NCBI GenBank assembly: GCA_964588575.1
Contig: CAZPPY010000001.1
Location: 1-29,007 of the forward strand
Length of the DNA: 29,007 nucleotides
Direction: 5' to 3'
Origin: an uncultured Candidatus Saccharibacteria bacterium
GTDB taxonomy: Bacteria; Patescibacteriota; Saccharimonadia; Saccharimonadales; UBA4665
Of this stretch, positions 17,167 to 25,576 are shown piece after piece (the stretch's first letter is position 1; every line of letters starts with the position of its first letter). The position numbers and the translations under genes were made by a program. Under the pieces are notes generated by a model. That model was not told the DNA's origin. It did no database searches and worked only from the letters and a program-made list of their open reading frames with translations.

Positions 17167-17175
17167 AAGTTATAG

Positions 17176-17577
17176 TCAGGCAGCAATTTGTTCGTCGCCG
17201 AGCAGCTTGCGCGCTTTGTTCAGCACTTCCACTGCCGGTGTCTCGCCTTTGATCGTGAAGTCGTCGGCCCCGATCGCTAGCGCCCGGTCAATCGATGATT
17301 TATCGTTTAACACCGAGTAGACGATCACGGGAATATCCTTGGTTGCTGGGTTTTGCTTCAACTTTCCCAGGACGTCAAAACCGCTTAGTTTTGGGAGTAT
17401 GATGTCGAGCAGCACCAGGTCCGGCGGCGATTGCTCCACCAGCTTCAATGCTTCCTCGCCGTCTTCAGCTTCAACGACTGTATACCCGTACATCGTCATT
17501 GCATCGCGGTAAATTTGGCGGAACGGCAACTCGTCTTCTACCAAAAGTATCGTGCGCTTGGTTTTGGCTTGGTCCAT
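17176..17577 (-). CDS. Single-domain response regulator (CheY-like receiver)
   Basis: LLVEDE, LLDIILP (phospho-Asp), conserved S and K; AGGAG RBS. Confidence 0.95.
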   Translation of the reverse strand: MDQAKTKRTILLVEDELPFRQIYRDAMTMYGYTVVEAEDGEEALKLVEQSPPDLVLLDIILPKLSGFDVLGKLKQNPATKDIPVIVYSVLNDKSSIDRALAIGADDFTIKGETPAVEVLNKARKLLGDEQIAA

Positions 17578-17626
17578 ATCGCTCCTTATATCTATATTAT
17601 TACTTGCTTTAGGCGCTTGATAAACC

Positions 17627-19330
17627 TTATGGTTTCATACCTTGGAGCCGAATGCAAACGGTTGTACCACTCTTGGATGTGGTAGACACGCTAATCGATC
17701 CGTTCATCATCGAGACAAGTTGGCGCGCCAGATACACGCCGAGCCCCGTCCCGCCTTCGGCAGACGGCGCATGGGCAAGTGGGCCGTCGTGAAGCTCGGT
17801 CTCGAACAGCATCGCCACCGTCGCTTTGTCCATGCCGCCTCCTTCGTCGCTTACCCGCACCTCGACTTCATTGTCTATGGCCACCACCGACAGCGTGATC
17901 GTTCCTTTCGCCGTGTGCACGATCGCATTGTCAACAATATTGCCGATCGCCTGGATCAACTTCTGGTCGTCGCCGCGGACGAACATGATCCCTGGCGGCA
18001 ACGACGCTTTGAGAATTAAGCCTTTTTGGGCTGCCCGGTCCCGGCGCAGTTTGACGACCAGTTCGACAACCGGGCCGATTTCCACCGGCTCGTTATGCAC
18101 CGTCACGTTGCCTTTTCCCGCCAGCGCGATGTCCAGCAGGTCAGCAATCAATCTGCCCGACCGGGCCGCTAACTCTTGAATGTGCGTGACGTATTCCAAC
18201 TGCTTGTCGTTCATTGCCCCGCCGATGCCGCCGAGCAAATTGTAGGCATACCCGTTGATTTCGCCAATCGGCGTTTTTAGCTGGTGCGATATCAGCGCGA
18301 TAAAATTATCCTTCAATTGGTCGAGCTTCTTGCTTTCCGTGGCATCATCAAAGACCGTTGTGACACCAATAACCTTGTTGCTCGCTACAATCGGCGCGAC
18401 CGTCCCGACGAATGGGAAAACCGACCCATTTTTACGGCGGTAGCTATATCCTGCGACAGGCTGCGGCAAAAGCGGCGCGGCAGCGTTATCTTCCACGAAT
18501 GCCAGCATTGGGCGGTGCGGCGCCGGCACCCGTTCGCCCTTCGCGTCGAATATTGGCAAGACTTCATCATATAACCGCCCGATGACCTCAGTGCGTTTCC
18601 AGCCGGTTAACTTCTCAAAACTATCATTCGCCAGGATGATCATGCCCTGCCGGTTGACCGCCACCAGCGCGCTGCCCATGGACAGCAAAATAGCGTCGGT
18701 TTCGGCATGGCGGGCAACCAGCGCATGCATCTCTTCGGCAAGCCGCTCGCGCTGTTGGATCAATTCGCTTACCAACCCGGTAATAACGGTGATAGCCAGC
18801 AGGCTCGCGCACGTCGTGACGAGCGTCGGGAAAAAGTTTTGTGCCTGAACATGTAGCACCGCGGCAGCTTCGTGCCGGTCGATAACAACCCGGAAATGGT
18901 CGAGCAGCGACAAAAGCAGGAACAACACAACGGCCGTCGCGCCCACCAGGTAGACTTCCAATTTCGCGAAAAAGGCTGAAGCCATGATGATGGGGATGGC
19001 ATAGAGCAGCGCGATTTGCGTTTCTATCCCTGCGTTGACATAGAATGCCGCGGAAACGATCACGATATCGAGCACAAGCTGGCCGACGACCAGCGAGGCG
19101 TACACTTCACGGCGTGCCGTGTTGATGTATGTCCCCACCAAGAAGCCCGCGTTGACAAGCAGGATAGCCCCCACGATCAATAGATCCGCGCCGACTTGCG
19201 ACGTGTAACCACTACTAGCCAAGAGAGTGATAACACTTGGAACCGCTACGGCCAAAACATAGAACCAACGGACGGCAACGTACCAACGTGCTCGCTTTCG
19301 TATATCGGCAATTGAAGTGACACCCTGCAT
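17627..19330 (-). CDS. Membrane-bound PAS-domain sensor histidine kinase
   Basis: About 5-6 N-terminal TM helices, PAS domain (NDSFEKLTGW), H-box SHQLKTP, N-box GNIVDNA, GGTGLG. Confidence 0.94.
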   Translation of the reverse strand: MQGVTSIADIRKRARWYVAVRWFYVLAVAVPSVITLLASSGYTSQVGADLLIVGAILLVNAGFLVGTYINTARREVYASLVVGQLVLDIVIVSAAFYVNAGIETQIALLYAIPIIMASAFFAKLEVYLVGATAVVLFLLLSLLDHFRVVIDRHEAAAVLHVQAQNFFPTLVTTCASLLAITVITGLVSELIQQRERLAEEMHALVARHAETDAILLSMGSALVAVNRQGMIILANDSFEKLTGWKRTEVIGRLYDEVLPIFDAKGERVPAPHRPMLAFVEDNAAAPLLPQPVAGYSYRRKNGSVFPFVGTVAPIVASNKVIGVTTVFDDATESKKLDQLKDNFIALISHQLKTPIGEINGYAYNLLGGIGGAMNDKQLEYVTHIQELAARSGRLIADLLDIALAGKGNVTVHNEPVEIGPVVELVVKLRRDRAAQKGLILKASLPPGIMFVRGDDQKLIQAIGNIVDNAIVHTAKGTITLSVVAIDNEVEVRVSDEGGGMDKATVAMLFETELHDGPLAHAPSAEGGTGLGVYLARQLVSMMNGSISVSTTSKSGTTVCIRLQGMKP

Positions 19331-19395
19331 GACGGAAATTCAACGTTTTATAGGGCTCAGTATACCGCTTATGCCCAAAATGCCAATGGGAATAC

Positions 19396-21108
19396 TTACG
19401 GCTGGGTTCCGGCGGATGCATCCTCGCGCTTGTATGGGCGCAAATATTGGCGGATAATCGCAGCTTTTCTGGCGCCAACTACTTTTTCCAGCTCGAAGTC
19501 GCGGGCCTGCACGACGCCGCGCGCGCTGCCGAACGTGCGTATAAGCTTCTTGCGCGTTGTCGGCCCAATCGTTGGTATATCATCGAGCGTGCTGGCGCTG
19601 ACGCGCTTCACTTTCAATACCGAGTGATAGCTTACGGCAAAACGGTGCGACTCATCCCGGATGCGCTGTAGCAGCTTTACCAAGTTTGTGCTATGCGGCA
19701 AACTTACCAATATAAAATCATCGCTTTCTGTCATATATCCGCCAAGCCGATGTAGTTCGCTCATATTTAGCATCACGTTACTCCCACCCATCATCCCCGG
19801 CCCGGTCGGTGATTCAGCGAATAGCAGGGCACCACTCCCTACAGCTGTCATCCCCGGCCTGACCGGGGATCCAGTGGTATTTTGCATCGCCGCTGCTGAT
19901 TCGTTATTTGATTGGATTCCCATTTTCACGGGAATGACGTGGCTTGCTTGATTCTTTTTAATAACAATTTGCTCCTCCCTTTTCGCCAGGCCGATAAACG
20001 GGATCTCTTTCAAGGCTGAGCCTTGAAATTCGGCAGCTTCGTCACGCGCCTTGATTGCCGCGTCCAGCTGGCCTTTCCCGCCATCGATCAATACCAAGCC
20101 GGGCTTGCCCCAACCCTTCACGTGTTTTTCGGCGAAGCGCCGCTTGATCGTCTCGTTCATGTTATAGAAATCGTTGTTATGGTCCTTTTTGGTCTTGAAC
20201 TTGCGGTACTCGCGTTTGTCGCTGACGCCGTTCGTGAAGACGACCATGCTCGCGACTACGTCGGTACCCTGCATATGCGAGATATCATAACCCTCGATCC
20301 TTCTCGGCACTTGCTCAATACTTAACAGGTTAACTAATTCATTCAGGGCATGATCTTTGCTAATGTCTTGGAATTCTTTGTCACTGAATATTACTTGACG
20401 TGTTAAGTTTCTAAGCGAGAAGAGTTGGTTACGCAACTTGGCTGCGCGCTCAAAGTCTTGGGCGGTGGCGGCTTGCTTCATTTCTTTCTCTATTTCCTTT
20501 TCGACGCTTTTGCGCTTCCCCTCTATGACCGCTATAAGCTTGCGCAGGTTCGCCCGGTAATCTTCCAGGCTGGTCTTGCCCTCTTCCAATCCTGGGTCCA
20601 GGCCGAGGTGATAGAACAGCGTGGCGCGTTTCTGCCCTAGAGTCCGGCGCGTGGCATAGGGGAATATACGGCGCAAACTCTTGAGGGCTTGCCGCACGCT
20701 CAGCGTGCTCAAGTACGGGCCGAAGTATTTGGCGCCATCATCAAGCGGGCGGCGCGTTGTCGTTACCGTCGGGTAGTCGCTGTTGTAATCGATCCGGATA
20801 TAGCTCAGCGACTTGTCGTCGCGCAGTAGGATGTTATACCGCGGCATGTAGCGGCGGATCATTTCCGCTTCTAGAAATAACGCCTCAATCTCGCTGTCGA
20901 CTACCATCCAATCAGTATCAACAATTTCTTCGACGAGCGCGTCGGTTTTCGGATCGCGCACCCGCGATTTCTGGAAATACTGCCGCACGCGGTTGCGCAA
21001 AACCGCCGCCTTGCCAACATAAATAATCTCGCCGGCAGCGTTCTTGTGGAAATACACTCCCGGCTCCTTCGGCAGGTCTTTTAATTTGTCGCTCAGTTGC
21101 TTGTTCAC
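19396..21108 (-). CDS. uvrC: Excinuclease ABC subunit C, carrying an in-frame palindromic insertion
   Basis: GIY-YIG (GVY...IYVGKA), UVR motif DFERAAKLRNQ, EGYDISH, DGGKGQ, RDESHRFA, HhH. Start set at GTG 21108, 7 nt below TACAAT. Confidence 0.96.
   Translation of the reverse strand: MNKQLSDKLKDLPKEPGVYFHKNAAGEIIYVGKAAVLRNRVRQYFQKSRVRDPKTDALVEEIVDTDWMVVDSEIEALFLEAEMIRRYMPRYNILLRDDKSLSYIRIDYNSDYPTVTTTRRPLDDGAKYFGPYLSTLSVRQALKSLRRIFPYATRRTLGQKRATLFYHLGLDPGLEEGKTSLEDYRANLRKLIAVIEGKRKSVEKEIEKEMKQAATAQDFERAAKLRNQLFSLRNLTRQVIFSDKEFQDISKDHALNELVNLLSIEQVPRRIEGYDISHMQGTDVVASMVVFTNGVSDKREYRKFKTKKDHNNDFYNMNETIKRRFAEKHVKGWGKPGLVLIDGGKGQLDAAIKARDEAAEFQGSALKEIPFIGLAKREEQIVIKKNQASHVIPVKMGIQSNNESAAAMQNTTGSPVRPGMTAVGSGALLFAESPTGPGMMGGSNVMLNMSELHRLGGYMTESDDFILVSLPHSTNLVKLLQRIRDESHRFAVSYHSVLKVKRVSASTLDDIPTIGPTTRKKLIRTFGSARGVVQARDFELEKVVGARKAAIIRQYLRPYKREDASAGTQP
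19847..19938. mobile_element. RPE/MITE-like palindromic element inside uvrC
   Basis: Terminal inverted repeats GTCATCCCC...GGGAATGAC with an internal hairpin at each end. Translates in uvrC as VIPVKMGIQ...GSPVRPGMT, the VIPxxxGI pattern typical of this repeat class. Confidence 0.82.
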
Positions 21109-21113
21109 AACTA

Positions 21114-21965
21114 CTATTGTACCGCCACCGCATGGCGGCCACAGGCTGTCAGTTCTTGAACTTGGCAGGATTTGCATACGACAAATTGTTTGTTGCAAGA
21201 TAAATCGGCGCAATTGATTTGCTCGCTTGTTTTGGCGCCGCAATGAACGCATATGCCAACGTCTTTTGAGTTGCCGCTAAACGCTAGCTTCATGCGCTTG
21301 TCGAAGACATAGCATTTGCCTTCCCAATGCCCGTCGTCACCGTAGGCTTCGCCGTACTTCACGATGCCGCCGTCGAGATGATAGACATCCTGAAAGCCTT
21401 TGTGTTTCATGTACGCGCTCAGATATTCACAACGAATATCGCCCGTGCAGTACGTCATTACCGGCTGGTCTTTGGGTAATTTCTCAAGTGTCTTTTTGAT
21501 ATCTTTGAATGTTTTGATTTTCGGCTTTATGGCACCTTTGAAAGCGCCGATTTCTGACTCGTAATCATTGCGGGCGTCGAGGATTGGCACGCCGGGATGC
21601 TCGTCAATAAATGTATGCCAGGCTTCAGGGCGCAGCGGCGTGCCTTTGTCGAACACGTCAAAATCTTCCCCAGGTGCCAGCGTCACGAGTTCTTTGCGTA
21701 CTTTGACGCTGAGTTTCGGAAAATCGTCGCGTGCGCCATCACTCCACTTATATTCAATACCTTTGAATTCGGGCGTGCGATTCATTTCGGAAATGTACGT
21801 TTTGACGTCGTCGAGTTCGCCGCCGAGCGTGCCATTGATGCCATGCTTCGAGATAATAACCCGCCCTTTGAGATGCAGGCGCTCGCACAATTCACGCTGC
21901 CAGCGCATGGTCATCCCCGGATCGGGAAGCGGCACGAACTTGTAATATAAAATGATCTTTTGCAT
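21114..21965 (-). CDS. trhO: Rhodanese-related tRNA U34 hydroxylase (YceA/TrhO family)
   Basis: LYYKF, GINGTLGG, LDARNDYE, YCTGDIRCE, GGIVKY, YVFDKR and a C-terminal Cys cluster. Confidence 0.92.
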   Translation of the reverse strand: MQKIILYYKFVPLPDPGMTMRWQRELCERLHLKGRVIISKHGINGTLGGELDDVKTYISEMNRTPEFKGIEYKWSDGARDDFPKLSVKVRKELVTLAPGEDFDVFDKGTPLRPEAWHTFIDEHPGVPILDARNDYESEIGAFKGAIKPKIKTFKDIKKTLEKLPKDQPVMTYCTGDIRCEYLSAYMKHKGFQDVYHLDGGIVKYGEAYGDDGHWEGKCYVFDKRMKLAFSGNSKDVGICVHCGAKTSEQINCADLSCNKQFVVCKSCQVQELTACGRHAVAVQ

Positions 21966-21968
21966 GGA

Positions 21969-23567
21969 TTAGAAAACCAGGCGCGACAACCAGATGCCAA
22001 CGAGCGCCACGAACAACACGCCCAATACAACTGCCGCGGTTACGTTTGCACGGACGAGCATTTGGCGGGCGGAATCGCGGGCAGCTTGTGGGTCGCGAGT
22101 TGGCAGCGTGATGCTAGCCTGCCGGGCTGGCTGGTGCCCTGTCACTCCGGCTAAGGTATCTTCGGCGACCGGCTCGGGCAAGCCGCTTGCAGTATGCCCC
22201 GTCACGTCCGGCGCGCGGTTGCGCAATTGGCGGTCAAGTTCGTGGTCGCGGGCATGCGAATCCATCTCGGCAGCCAAAACCGACAAGAAATTGCCGCCGC
22301 GCACAAACTCGTTGACGATCCGCCGTGCCGCACGTTCGGTAATCAAGCCGTTTTCGTAGATTTCGCGGACATTCGTGTCGGCGACTTTGATTGCTTCGCT
22401 CGTCTCTAATACGTCTTTGAGCGCCATTTTTTCCGCGTCGATATGGACCGGCTTTGCCGTCTCTTGGGCGGTCCCAGCACGCCGTGCCGTGCCGGCCTGC
22501 TCAAGCTTGGCGGCTTGCGCCCGCTCGGCATTTTGCCGTACCTTCGAATCAGCTTCGGCCGCGCGCTGCTGGCGCTTGGCAGCTTCGTTCGCGTATGCCA
22601 TTTTGCGGATCTTATCTTCGCTGAACGCAAGGGTCTCGTAGACACCCTTCATCTCGCTCTCAAGTTTTTCTTTGACGGGCTTGAACCGCTTCTCGGCCTT
22701 CATCCGCCCGCTGCGCCGGCCAAGCAAATTGCCGATAACACCGCCGACCAGCAAGCCAATTAAAAACGCACGTGATTCAGCGCCTTCGTCGCGCGGCGGG
22801 ACAACATTCGGGTTGGCGGCATACCGGGTCCAAAGCGGCACGTTTGGGTTGGGACCGGGAGCGGCATTGTAGGCCATAGGCTGCACGTTCGGTCCTGGCG
22901 GATGCGCCTGACCGCCGCCGGCATTGAATACTTGTGCCACGCCAAACGGCGGCTGGGAATCTGAATCCTCGTATTGCATCCCGCCCGCCGCGCCATTGGC
23001 ATGTGCCGATTCCTGCGCGGCACCGCCAAGCCCCCGTTTGTTGACAGTATCCTCGTACGCTTGGCTTGCCGCGTCGCCAACGCTCATCGTGGCATCGGTT
23101 TCAAGGTGCTGCCTGGCAGCGTCAAGGAATTCGTTGGCAGCAGTGCTCGCCGCGGTCTCCGCCACGTCGTCCAGCCCCGCTTGTTCTGCAGCGATAGTCG
23201 CCCGACGGTTCGTGATGCCGTCAAGCGCGACTTCGTGCGCCTCTTCCGGGCTCAACGTCCCCAGCTCCGCGATTACCTCAGCATCCTCCGGCGTCAACTC
23301 GTCGCTTGGCGGCGCGGTCTCATGTGCAGGCTTCTTTGCGTCTTCTGCGGGTTCCTCAGGCGATTCAGGCACAGCGTGCTTCTCCCGCGAGCGCTCCCAC
23401 ACCAAAGCACCCAATGCCTGCTGCTCGTTCGGTGCCGGTTGTTGTTCTTTGCTTGTCTTGGCTTCGGCATGGGGTTTCACCGGAGCCGATGCGTGCTCGG
23501 CTTCGCTGTCGTCGTCATCTGTATCTCGGCGGGTTTCGGGGGAAATGGCCATGTACGTTCTATCCAT
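21969..23567 (-). CDS. Hypothetical membrane protein (acidic low-complexity N-terminus, central GxxxG helix, coiled coil, C-terminal TM)
   Basis: Long ORF; AFLIGLLVGGVIGNLLGRR; terminal hydrophobic helix. Start set at ATG 23567, 7 nt below CATAAT; alternative 23552. Confidence 0.82.
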   Translation of the reverse strand: MDRTYMAISPETRRDTDDDDSEAEHASAPVKPHAEAKTSKEQQPAPNEQQALGALVWERSREKHAVPESPEEPAEDAKKPAHETAPPSDELTPEDAEVIAELGTLSPEEAHEVALDGITNRRATIAAEQAGLDDVAETAASTAANEFLDAARQHLETDATMSVGDAASQAYEDTVNKRGLGGAAQESAHANGAAGGMQYEDSDSQPPFGVAQVFNAGGGQAHPPGPNVQPMAYNAAPGPNPNVPLWTRYAANPNVVPPRDEGAESRAFLIGLLVGGVIGNLLGRRSGRMKAEKRFKPVKEKLESEMKGVYETLAFSEDKIRKMAYANEAAKRQQRAAEADSKVRQNAERAQAAKLEQAGTARRAGTAQETAKPVHIDAEKMALKDVLETSEAIKVADTNVREIYENGLITERAARRIVNEFVRGGNFLSVLAAEMDSHARDHELDRQLRNRAPDVTGHTASGLPEPVAEDTLAGVTGHQPARQASITLPTRDPQAARDSARQMLVRANVTAAVVLGVLFVALVGIWLSRLVF

Positions 23568-23649
23568 TAGCAAAATTATGCTTGTCTTTCTAACTTGGCT
23601 ATTATAAGATAGAGAGCGAATATTATCAATTAACCGGAGACGGCGAAAA

Positions 23650-23703
23650 ATGTACAGTGTCCTTTCAACCCAGGCTTTGCCGTGTGCTCCGGTGCTTGCA
23701 TAA
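23650..23703 (+). other. Candidate 17-aa leader peptide (MYSVLSTQALPCAPVLA)
   Basis: ATG...TAA inside the roughly 180-nt leader of the ABC pair; no homology evidence. Confidence 0.35.
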
Positions 23704-23761
23704 GCTTATCTCGATAGGCGGTGCACCAGCCACCCCAGACCAACAACGTACATCAACGTAA

Positions 23762-23784
23762 GCAGCCGCGTTAGGAGAGGCTGC
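23762..23784 (+). promoter_or_regulatory. Hairpin enclosing the SD sequence of ABC transporter 1
   Basis: GCAGCC-gcgttAGGAGA-GGCTGC ends 3 nt before the ATG at 23788. Confidence 0.5.
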
Positions 23785-23787
23785 GCC

Positions 23788-25560
23788 ATGAACACCACCA
23801 AACAGACCCTAAAATTCTACTGGCACCATGCCAAGCAGTACCCATTGTGGATCACGGTACTTATATTCAGCGTGCCCGCGACCGTGGCGGCTGGCTCGTT
23901 CATCCCGCCCCTCATCATCGCGAACATTTTGAACCGACTAAGCATGCATGCATACAATCCTGCCGACATCGCGGGCAGTTTCGGGCACGACTTGGTACTG
24001 TACGCGATCCTTGTTTTGGCGAGTGGCATCATAGGTTGGCGGATTGTTGACAGTGCCGTTTGGTACTTGGAAGGAAATGTAGAACGCGATATTGCCCAGC
24101 GCGTCTTCAAGCACCTGCTCGCGCAAAGCCCGACATTCCACGCCAACAGGTTCGGCGGCTCATTGGTATCGCACACCAACAAACTCATGGGCAGTTATAT
24201 TCGTTTTGCTGACACAACCATCTTCATGGTCATACCGCTTGTATGCGGGCTCGTCTTTGCCGGGATAATATTGACGCAACATGCCCCGGTATATGCAGCT
24301 ATCCTGATCGGTTTCGCGGTTATTTACATGGCTTCATCCGTGTTTGTGACCGCGCCTACACGACGCATCGCGGCCCAACAAGCGGGCGCCGAAAGCAAGC
24401 AGACCGGCAGCCTGGCCGATGCCGTGACCAATATTATGGCAATCAAGGCTTTTGCCAGCAGTACCATGGAAGAAGTTCGCTTCGCGAAAGCTGCGGACTA
24501 CACACGCAACCATTTGATGCGCCTGATGCGCGCCAGCCAAATGCAGCAAGCATACTTCAGCCTGATGGCCAATGGTATCCAGGCGCTGTCATTGACGATC
24601 GCTGTCATCGGCGCGACCCGTTTCCATGCTGATTTAGCCAGTGTCTTCCTGATCGCCAGCTACACCGGCACGATCGCGAGCAACTTGTTCCAGTTCAGCA
24701 ACAACGCATTGCGCAATTACAACCGTTCGTTCGGCGACGCCGAAGACATGGTCAAAGTGCTTGCAATCAAGCCGGAGATCCAAGACCCAGCCGTGCCAGA
24801 AGAAGCCCATATCACGCGGGGCGAGATCGAGTTCAAGGGTGTCACATTCGCGCACGAAGAGTCAAACGGCGCCTTGTTCGCGGGCTTGGACATCAAAATC
24901 AAAGCCGGCGAAAAAGTCGGGCTGGTCGGGCACTCCGGCTCTGGCAAAACGACGTTGACCAGGCTGCTGCTCCGCTTCAATGATATCCAGTCCGGCACGA
25001 TCGCGATTGACGGGCAAAACATTGCCTCTATCACCCAGGATGCCTTGCGGCAATCCATCGCGTACGTGCCGCAAGAACCTATCCTTTTCCACCGTTCGCT
25101 GCGCGAAAACATCGCGTACGGCAACCCGGGCGCGTCACAACAAGAAGTCGAAGGCGTGGCGAAACTCGCGCATGCCCAAGAATTCATTGCTGCCTTGCCG
25201 GACGGATACGAAACGCTGGTCGGCGAACGCGGCGTGAAGTTGTCTGGCGGACAGCGCCAGCGCATAGCTATTGCCCGTGCCATGATCAAGAACGCACCGA
25301 TACTGGTGCTTGACGAAGCAACTGCCGCGTTGGATTCAGAGAGCGAAGCGCTCATACAGGACGCGCTGTGGACATTGATGGAACAGCGCACGGCGATCGT
25401 AGTCGCGCACCGATTGAGCACGATCCAGAAAATGGACCGCATCATCGTCATGGATGATGGCAAAATCATCGAGCAAGGCTCGCACAAAGAGCTCTTGGCG
25501 ATGAACGGCCAGTATGCCCAACTGTGGGCGCGCCAATCGGGCGGATTTATCGAGGAATAG
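23788..25560 (+). CDS. ABC exporter, fused TMD-NBD (MdlB/MsbA-like), copy 1
   Basis: 6 TM helices, GHSGSGKT, LSGGQRQR, ILVLDEAT, AHRL. Confidence 0.95.
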   Translation: MNTTKQTLKFYWHHAKQYPLWITVLIFSVPATVAAGSFIPPLIIANILNRLSMHAYNPADIAGSFGHDLVLYAILVLASGIIGWRIVDSAVWYLEGNVERDIAQRVFKHLLAQSPTFHANRFGGSLVSHTNKLMGSYIRFADTTIFMVIPLVCGLVFAGIILTQHAPVYAAILIGFAVIYMASSVFVTAPTRRIAAQQAGAESKQTGSLADAVTNIMAIKAFASSTMEEVRFAKAADYTRNHLMRLMRASQMQQAYFSLMANGIQALSLTIAVIGATRFHADLASVFLIASYTGTIASNLFQFSNNALRNYNRSFGDAEDMVKVLAIKPEIQDPAVPEEAHITRGEIEFKGVTFAHEESNGALFAGLDIKIKAGEKVGLVGHSGSGKTTLTRLLLRFNDIQSGTIAIDGQNIASITQDALRQSIAYVPQEPILFHRSLRENIAYGNPGASQQEVEGVAKLAHAQEFIAALPDGYETLVGERGVKLSGGQRQRIAIARAMIKNAPILVLDEATAALDSESEALIQDALWTLMEQRTAIVVAHRLSTIQKMDRIIVMDDGKIIEQGSHKELLAMNGQYAQLWARQSGGFIEE

Positions 25561-25576
25561 AGAGCACCATATCAGC

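Noticed and set aside
19661-19951. Plus-strand ORF containing VIPGLTGDP...WIPIFTGMT
   Set aside because: It is an antisense reading of the palindromic element in uvrC; the open frame is a property of the repeat, not a separate gene.
21109-21252. Extended N-termini in the ORF track for uvrC (also the oxidoreductase, DUF4396 gene and ABC copy 2)
   Set aside because: They overlap neighbouring genes or promoter motifs and precede the family-typical N-terminus.
22924-23607. Long plus-strand ORFs (227 and 198 aa), and similar antisense ORFs elsewhere such as 24717-25487
   Set aside because: They are shadow frames of real GC-rich genes, Ser/Ala-rich and without motifs.
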